Position numbers and translations under genes: made by a program | The notes under the pieces: model-generated | What the model saw: only the letters and a program-made list of their open reading frames with translations | What the model was told of the DNA's origin: nothing | Database searches by the model: none | Assembly: GCA_964654705.1 (NCBI GenBank) | Contig: CAZZLP010000001.1 | Location: forward strand, 1 to 35,014 | Length of the DNA: 35,014 bases | Direction: 5' to 3' | Source of the DNA: an uncultured Chitinophaga sp. | GTDB lineage: Bacteria > Bacteroidota > Bacteroidia > Chitinophagales > Chitinophagaceae | Shown here: one piece after another, positions 29,019-35,014 of the stretch | How positions within the stretch are numbered: position 1 is the first letter of the stretch | How the letters are laid out: each line of letters begins with the position of its first letter

Positions 29019-29046
29019 GGAAACTTTTAAAGTATAAAAAGTTTCC
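29019..29046. promoter_or_regulatory. Palindromic operator, probable TetR binding site
   Basis: Perfect 10-bp inverted repeat GGAAACTTTT-N8-AAAAGTTTCC immediately upstream of the -7 element. Confidence 0.75.
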
Positions 29047-29118
29047 TTTCTTTTTTATGCTTCTTTTAGGGTTCAACAGTCTGCATGGACCAAAATGGTG
29101 CATCCCCAAAAAAGGCTA

Positions 29119-29192
29119 TTTTTTGTTATTTTTTGATGATTTTTGGTCATTTTAGGGTGTTTTTTGACAAATTTTGGTGTTTTTTGACTTTT
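29119..29192. repeat. Helically phased T-tracts with a 13-bp direct repeat
   Basis: T4-T6 runs start at 29119, 29129, 29140, 29150, 29160, 29172, 29180 and 29189. GGTGTTTTTTGAC occurs at 29156 and 29176. Confidence 0.75.
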
Positions 29193-29281
29193 ACTCAATT
29201 CGAGATTTTTCTTTTCTGAAAGCTGTTGAAAAGCCTGGAAACCGCCCTTGGTTTGTAGTAACTTAGCCAAAAATCAACGCC

Positions 29282-29878
29282 ATGAGTCAGGTGAGCCGCC
29301 CCTTTCGCAACCCGTTAAAAAGGATCGCCGGCTATTTTTTGCAGGGGTTTGTGATTCTGGCCCCGATCGCCATTACCGCTTATGCCCTCTACTGGCTCTT
29401 TGAACGGGTCGACAGTATTTTAAGACCTTATGTGAATGTGCCCGGGCTGGGGTTTTTGCTGATCATCGTTTCGGTAGTGGTGGTCGGATGGATCAGCTCG
29501 AACTTTCTAATGGGGGGACTTCTTAATCTGTTTGACCAATGGATGGAACGAACGCCGGGCATCAAACTCATTTATACTTCTACCCGCGATTTTTTTGAGG
29601 CCTTTGCCGGCAATAAAAGAAAATTCAACAAGGCCGTTTTGGCCAATGCGCTGGGGGCCGATGTGTGGGTGATCGGATTTGTGACAGACGAAGAGCTTGC
29701 TAAATTCGAAATGGGTGCCGAGCATGTTTCGGTATATGTGCCGCAGGGATACAATTTTGCCGGACAACTTTATATACTGCCGCGAGATAAAGTAAAAAAA
29801 ATCAATAAGGTCAGTTCGGGTGACGCCATGAAGTATGCCGTTTCAGGTGGGGTGGTCGACCCGGAAGGAACTGAATAA
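29282..29878 (+). CDS. DUF502-family membrane protein
   Basis: YFLQGFVILAPIAIT, RTPGIKLIYTS, IGFVT, VYVPQGYNFAG and AMKYAVSGG. Confidence 0.88.
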   Translation: MSQVSRPFRNPLKRIAGYFLQGFVILAPIAITAYALYWLFERVDSILRPYVNVPGLGFLLIIVSVVVVGWISSNFLMGGLLNLFDQWMERTPGIKLIYTSTRDFFEAFAGNKRKFNKAVLANALGADVWVIGFVTDEELAKFEMGAEHVSVYVPQGYNFAGQLYILPRDKVKKINKVSSGDAMKYAVSGGVVDPEGTE

Positions 29879-29888
29879 TCCGACAGCT

Positions 29889-30854
29889 ATGGACCGGTTG
29901 ATTATAATGGCATCGTTGCTATGTCTACCCCTTTGTGCCCCGGCCTGGGGGTTCTATGGTCATCAAAAGATCAATTTTTATTCGGTTTTTTTATTGCCCC
30001 CCGAACTACTGGTATTCTTTAAACCCAACGCAGATTATCTGGTGGCGCACTCCGTCGATCCCGATAAAAGAAGGTACTTGCTGGAGCAAGAAGGTCCCCG
30101 GCATTACATCGATCTTGACCACTATGGTCCGGCTCCTTATCTCTCGTTGCCAAGAGATTGGAAAACGGCTGTGGCCGCCTGCTCTGCCGATAGCTTACAG
30201 CGCTACGGTATCGGCCCCTGGTGGATACAGGTAATGTTGGAGCGCCTGACCCGGGCATTTATGGCAAATGATGCGGAACAAATCTTAAAAAATGCGGCCG
30301 AGCTGGGTCATTACGTGAGCGATCTGCATGTCCCTCTGCATGCTTGCAGCAATCATAACGGACAAAGGACAGGTCAGCACGGTATTCATGGTTTTTGGGA
30401 GAGCCGGGTGCCGGAACTGCTGGCCGAAAAGGAGTGGGACTTTTTGATCGGACGGGCCTCGTATAACAAAGACCCTCTGTCGATGATCTGGAGACGGGTC
30501 ATGCAAAGCGCAGCCGCGGCCGATACGGTGTTACGGGTAGAAAAAATGCTCAGGGCCCGGTTTAGCAATGACCAGGTCTATGCCTACGAAGAAAGAAATG
30601 GTCAGTTGGTCAGACAATTTTCATCGAGCTACACCCTTGCCTATGACCGACTGCTAAATGGTATGATCGAAAAGCGTATGCGAGCCTCGATAGAAGCGGT
30701 CGCCTCTCTTTGGCTGACGGCCTGGATCAATGCGGGACAACCTCCCTTGACCTCGCTGGTGCGTCTACCCTTGCCGGCCGACGCGATGCTATCCTTACAA
30801 CGATTAGAGGAGGCTTATAAGAACAACCCCATCAAAGGCCGCGAACACGATTAG
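29889..30854 (+). CDS. Secreted S1/P1 nuclease or Zn-dependent phospholipase C-family protein
   Basis: Signal peptide followed by a mature N-terminal WGFYGH. Zn-ligand motifs DPD, HYIDLD, HYVSDLHVPLH and HGFWE. Confidence 0.85.
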   Translation: MDRLIIMASLLCLPLCAPAWGFYGHQKINFYSVFLLPPELLVFFKPNADYLVAHSVDPDKRRYLLEQEGPRHYIDLDHYGPAPYLSLPRDWKTAVAACSADSLQRYGIGPWWIQVMLERLTRAFMANDAEQILKNAAELGHYVSDLHVPLHACSNHNGQRTGQHGIHGFWESRVPELLAEKEWDFLIGRASYNKDPLSMIWRRVMQSAAAADTVLRVEKMLRARFSNDQVYAYEERNGQLVRQFSSSYTLAYDRLLNGMIEKRMRASIEAVASLWLTAWINAGQPPLTSLVRLPLPADAMLSLQRLEEAYKNNPIKGREHD

Positions 30855-30860
30855 GTATGT

Positions 30861-30868
30861 TACATTTG
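30861..30868 (+). promoter_or_regulatory. -7 element TACATTTG for serC
   Basis: Exact TAnnTTTG match 4 nt upstream of the ATG at 30873. Confidence 0.68.
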
Positions 30869-30872
30869 CCTG

Positions 30873-31946
30873 ATGAAGCTGCACAACTTCAATGCTGGCC
30901 CCTCGGCGCTTCCTGCCGAAGTAATCGAACAGGCCGCGCAAGCTATCCATAATTTCAACCATTCGGGGTTATCGTTACTCGAAATCGGTCACCGCACATC
31001 GCTATTCGTACCCGTTATCGAAGAAGCCCGGCAACTAGTACGCGAGCTCATGCAGCTGGATGCTGATCACGAAGTGCTCTTGCTGCACGGCGGCGCCACC
31101 CTTCAGTTCTTACAAGTACCGATGAACCTGCTGGACAGTAACGGGGTGGCCGCTTATACAGAAACCGGTACCTGGTCACAAAAAGCGATCAAAGAAGCGG
31201 CACTGGTCGGCAAAGTTTCCATCGCAGGGTCTAGTGCCTCCGATCAATTTACCACTATTCCTGAACCCCTCGATATCGATTCGCGGGCGGCCTATTTACA
31301 TATTACCACCAATGAGACCATTGCCGGAACGCAGTGGCACCGGATTCCTTACGATTGCAACTGCCCGTTGGTAGCGGACATGAGCAGCGACATCTTAAGT
31401 CGCTCCCTGCCCTTCAATCGCTTTGATCTGATCTATGCCGGGGCCCAAAAAAATATGGGAGCCGCCGGGGTTTGTCTGGTGGTGGTCAATAAAAGTTGTT
31501 TAGGAAAAGTAACGCGCACTATTCCCTCGTTTCTCGATTACCGGTTGCATATCAAAGAAGGTAGTATGCTCAATACCCCGCCCGTCTTCGCCGTGTACGT
31601 GTTACTGCTAACACTGCGCTGGGTAAAAAAGAACGGAGGAGTAGCCGCCATGGAAAAAAACAACCTGCAAAAAGCAACGCTTCTCTATAACACACTTGAA
31701 CAGATCCCTTTGTTCCGTTTACCGGTAAAGAAAGAGGATCGCAGTTTGATGAACGCGGTGTTTCTGATTGACGATGCCACGGTAGAAAAAGAATTTGCCC
31801 TTGCTGCAAAAGCCGAAGGAATGGTGGGGATAGAAGGGCATCGCAGTGTAGGAGGATTCAGGATCTCGCTGTACAATGCCATCCCGCTGGCTTCGGTAGA
31901 AGCGTTGGTGGACTTCATTACCCATTTTGCCCGCAAAAAAAGTTGA
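30873..31946 (+). CDS. serC: Phosphoserine aminotransferase
   Basis: NFNAGPSALP, TNETIAG, DMSS, YAGAQKNMG, NTPP and GHRSVGGFRISLYNA. Confidence 0.96.
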   Translation: MKLHNFNAGPSALPAEVIEQAAQAIHNFNHSGLSLLEIGHRTSLFVPVIEEARQLVRELMQLDADHEVLLLHGGATLQFLQVPMNLLDSNGVAAYTETGTWSQKAIKEAALVGKVSIAGSSASDQFTTIPEPLDIDSRAAYLHITTNETIAGTQWHRIPYDCNCPLVADMSSDILSRSLPFNRFDLIYAGAQKNMGAAGVCLVVVNKSCLGKVTRTIPSFLDYRLHIKEGSMLNTPPVFAVYVLLLTLRWVKKNGGVAAMEKNNLQKATLLYNTLEQIPLFRLPVKKEDRSLMNAVFLIDDATVEKEFALAAKAEGMVGIEGHRSVGGFRISLYNAIPLASVEALVDFITHFARKKS

Positions 31947-31948
31947 CC

Positions 31949-33166
31949 ATGACCTCGATCTTACCTTTTAGGGCGCTTCGCCCCATTCCTGCACTGGCCT
32001 TCCAGGTCGCCTCGCGTCCGTACGATGTACTGAATAGCAACGAGGCTCGCGAAGCCGCAAAAGATAATCCCTGTTCTTTTTTGCATGTGACCAAATCGGA
32101 GATAGACCTTCCTGCATCAATCGATATCCATAGCCAGGCCGTCTACGAAAAAGCAAAAGAGAACTTGTATCTTTTTATACAAGAAGGTACGCTGGTGCAA
32201 GAAGAAAAACCCTGCTATTATATATACCGGCTAACTATGAATGGTCGCCATCAAACCGGGCTGGTAGCGGTTTCTTCGGTAGATGACTATTACCGCGATC
32301 TGATTAAAAAACACGAGTTTACCCGGCCCGAGAAAGAAAAGGACCGTATCGATCACATGCACACGATCAAAGCGCAAACCGGCAATGTTTTTTTAGCCAT
32401 GCGCGATGTACCGGCACTGCAAGAACTGATGCAACGCCAACAGCAACAAACACCCCTCTATGATTTTGTCGCAGAAGACGATGTACGCCATTGCATTTGG
32501 GTCGTACAAGAGCAGCCGCAAATCGATGCCATTACGAAGATCTTTCGAGATCAGGTGCCCTGTACCTATATTGCCGACGGACATCACCGTGCTGCCTCGG
32601 CTGCCAAAGTAAGTGCGGCAATGCCCGATAGCGCTGCCGCCCGTTATTTTTTGACTACGATCTTTCCGGCCAGCGAGCTGGCCATTTTGGATTATAACCG
32701 TGTGGTGAGAGACCTTAACGGCCACAGCGCGGCATCTTTTTTAGAGAAGCTGCAAGAAGATTTTGTGGTTCGACTTAGTGAAAAAGCCGTTCGTCCCTTA
32801 CAGTTACATACGTTCGGCATGTACCTGGAGGGCAAATGGTACGAACTGCAGGCCAAAGAAAACACCTACACCCAAGACCCGATAGGCGTATTGGACATTA
32901 CCATTCTAACCAAACGCATTTTAGAAAAATTACTTGGCATTGCTGATCAGCGTACCGATGCCCGGATCGATTTTGTCGGCGGTATTCGCGGGCTGCAAGA
33001 ATTAGAGAAAAGAGTCAATGATCACGAAATGAAAGTGGCCTTTAGTTTATACCCCGTCAGCATCGAGCAATTGTTTGCCATTGCCGATAGTGGGGAGGTC
33101 ATGCCCCCCAAGAGTACTTGGTTTGAACCAAAGCTTCGTGACGGCCTTCTTACGCATTTATTATGA
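31949..33166 (+). CDS. DUF1015-family protein
   Basis: PFRALRP, SRPYDV, IKKHEFTRPEKE, YIADGHHR and MPPKSTWFEPKLRDGL. ATG at 31949. Confidence 0.92.
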   Translation: MTSILPFRALRPIPALAFQVASRPYDVLNSNEAREAAKDNPCSFLHVTKSEIDLPASIDIHSQAVYEKAKENLYLFIQEGTLVQEEKPCYYIYRLTMNGRHQTGLVAVSSVDDYYRDLIKKHEFTRPEKEKDRIDHMHTIKAQTGNVFLAMRDVPALQELMQRQQQQTPLYDFVAEDDVRHCIWVVQEQPQIDAITKIFRDQVPCTYIADGHHRAASAAKVSAAMPDSAAARYFLTTIFPASELAILDYNRVVRDLNGHSAASFLEKLQEDFVVRLSEKAVRPLQLHTFGMYLEGKWYELQAKENTYTQDPIGVLDITILTKRILEKLLGIADQRTDARIDFVGGIRGLQELEKRVNDHEMKVAFSLYPVSIEQLFAIADSGEVMPPKSTWFEPKLRDGLLTHLL

Positions 33167-34164
33167 GAAAGACCCTTACCCTTTTAGTCGCCGTATGGAC
33201 TTGTCTGTCGGTGTTTGCACAAGAGATCTCGCTGCGCGAGTGGCAACAGCGAGCCCTTGACTTTAACAACCGGGCCGACCACAACAACGCGGTGATCGTG
33301 CTGCAACAAGGATTAAAACAATATCCGGGCGCACTACCGCTCGAAAAAGATCTGACTACGAGCTTACTGCTCAAAAGAGATTTTGCCGGCGCCCGTTTGC
33401 TGGCCATGGCACTAGTAGAAAGACCCGATGCAGACGAAGTCTGTTTTCAATTAGGAGGTAACGTGCTTAAGGCGCTCGAAGAGGTCAAGGAATGCGAAAA
33501 GCTGTATACAAAAGGGCTCAAGAAATTTCCACGTAGTGGTCCTCTGCACAGCGAATTGGGCGAACTGCTTTGGTCGGTCAAAGACAAGCGCGCCATTATC
33601 AATTGGGAAAATGGTATTCGGACCGATCCCAATTACGCAGGCAATTATTACAACGCGGCACTTTACTATAGCAAGACCGAATCGCTGTGGCGCACGCTGT
33701 TGTATGGAGAGATCTATGTCAACATGGAAAGTAAAAGCGAAAGGGCTTCGACGATAAAAAAACTATTGTGGGAGACCTATCAAAAGAAAATGATGAGCCC
33801 CGTGGTTGCATCCAACACCCCGTCATCTTCTTTTGAGGCCGCGGTGGCTGCCACCTTCGATAAAGCCTCGTCTGTTTTGATACAGGGACTCAGTGTTGAA
33901 ACATTGACCATGACCCGTACCCGCTTTGTGTTGGAATGGTTTAAGCAAAACGGTGAGCGCTATCCTTTTCGACTCTTTGAACATCAACAACAATTGCTAA
34001 AGGCCGGACTTTTTGAAGCGTACGACCAATGGCTCTTTGGCGAGGCGGCCAATAGGACACGCTACCAGCAATGGCGGTCCGAGCAAGTTGAATTATTTTC
34101 TAAACTAGAGAACTTTTTATTCAACAGGGTTTTCAAGCTGTCGAAGTACCCCAATCTCTTTTGA
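33163..34164 (+). CDS. Exported TPR-like repeat protein
   Basis: Signal peptide ending VFA-Q and helical repeats such as QGLKQYP, KGLKKFP and NGIRTDP. ATGA overlap with DUF1015. Confidence 0.75.
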   Translation: MRKTLTLLVAVWTCLSVFAQEISLREWQQRALDFNNRADHNNAVIVLQQGLKQYPGALPLEKDLTTSLLLKRDFAGARLLAMALVERPDADEVCFQLGGNVLKALEEVKECEKLYTKGLKKFPRSGPLHSELGELLWSVKDKRAIINWENGIRTDPNYAGNYYNAALYYSKTESLWRTLLYGEIYVNMESKSERASTIKKLLWETYQKKMMSPVVASNTPSSSFEAAVAATFDKASSVLIQGLSVETLTMTRTRFVLEWFKQNGERYPFRLFEHQQQLLKAGLFEAYDQWLFGEAANRTRYQQWRSEQVELFSKLENFLFNRVFKLSKYPNLF

Positions 34165-34236
34165 CTTTACGCCGAATGTATTAACTTGTAGGTCCCGCAG
34201 CGGGTTTCTATACGTAAACCACCAATGCTTGCCGCC

Positions 34237-35014
34237 ATGAATCAACCTACGCGTTTATTTGACTGCCTTGCTTTAAAACTCGAGCAACATCCTTTAGAAG
34301 ATATGCTGGCCGGCAAAGAAGGTGGCCAGTGGAAGAAGTATAGTACCGCCACCGTAAAGGAAATGGTCGATCGGCTGAGTGCCGGTTTACTCTCCATCGG
34401 CATTGGCGCGGGCGATATGACCCCCGAAGGAAGAGACAAGGTGGCCATTTTATCAAAGAACCGCCCCGAGTGGATCATGGTCGATCTGGCCGTTCAACAA
34501 GTGGGAGCTATCTTAACGCCGCTCTATCCTACCATCAACGTAAATGAATTAGAATTTGTATTGGGCGATGCACAGGCGAAAGTGGTTTTTGTCAATGACC
34601 AAGACCTTTTTTTAAAAGTACTCAGCATCAAAGACCGACTGCCGCACTTACAAAAGATCTACACTTTTGAACATGTGGCCAATGCCCTGCATTGGAAAGA
34701 ATTGATGGCCGCAGCCACGCCTTCCTTGATCGCATCTATCCCTGCCATCAGTAATAAGATCGGCTACGAAGATCTGGCTACCATCATTTACACTTCCGGT
34801 ACTACCGGTACTCCCAAAGGTGTCATGCTTTCGCATCGCAATGTGCTTTCGAACGTAACGGCTTCTTTACCCTGCTTTCCGCCGGGTGAGAATATGCGGG
34901 CGCTGAGTTTTTTGCCGCTCAACCACATCTTGGAGCGAATGGTCACCTATATGTATCTTTTTAAAGGAACGGCGATCTACTATGCGGAGAGTATTGACAC
35001 CATTGGTGATAACT
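34237..35014 (+). CDS. Long-chain fatty acid--CoA ligase (3' end truncated by window edge)
   Basis: Not in the ORF track because it has no stop in the window. Reads MNQPTRLFD...KNRPEW...PLYPT...IIYTSGTTGTPKGVMLSH...SFLPLNHILER. An in-frame ATG also lies at 34225. Confidence 0.92.
   Translation, partial: MNQPTRLFDCLALKLEQHPLEDMLAGKEGGQWKKYSTATVKEMVDRLSAGLLSIGIGAGDMTPEGRDKVAILSKNRPEWIMVDLAVQQVGAILTPLYPTINVNELEFVLGDAQAKVVFVNDQDLFLKVLSIKDRLPHLQKIYTFEHVANALHWKELMAAATPSLIASIPAISNKIGYEDLATIIYTSGTTGTPKGVMLSHRNVLSNVTASLPCFPPGENMRALSFLPLNHILERMVTYMYLFKGTAIYYAESIDTIGDN

Noticed and set aside
29119-29192. Possible CRISPR array or replication origin
   Set aside because: The repeats are too short and degenerate with no unique spacers. 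There are no cas genes and I saw no DnaA-box cluster.
29073-29270. 65-aa Lys-rich ORF in the tetR-DUF502 gap
   Set aside because: The Lys content is a by-product of the phased A/T tracts, and a non-coding structural element explains it better.

Overview
A gene-dense chromosomal window with no mobile elements, most likely from a Bacteroidota genome (Chitinophagaceae-like, judged from TAnnTTTG promoters, long-form IspG, gldA next to eno, and few SD sites). It holds about 29 CDSs. Housekeeping genes include nadB, ispG, kbl, acs, nhaA, eno, an ftsB-like gene, nth, a 2-oxoacid:ferredoxin oxidoreductase alpha subunit, serC and a partial acyl-CoA synthetase. The rest include a lipoprotein class D beta-lactamase-family gene, a TetR-regulated RND efflux operon with a visible operator, and an ABC/HlyD/TolC exporter. 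I found no rRNA, tRNA, CRISPR or IS element. The best candidate for an undescribed system is 11.7-16.6 kb. There, a 99-aa ORF with an N-terminal hydrophobic helix and a C-terminal PPP motif (like an arrest or monitor peptide) is followed by a hairpin and a tripartite exporter. That exporter's only ABC subunit has a degenerate ATPase site, no passenger gene is visible, and the unit is divergent from nhaA. Also notable: serC-DUF1015 without serA/serB, an orphan anti-sigma-like ORF, several probable leaderless mRNAs, and helically phased T-tracts. All family assignments come from motif recognition by eye, with no database searches.
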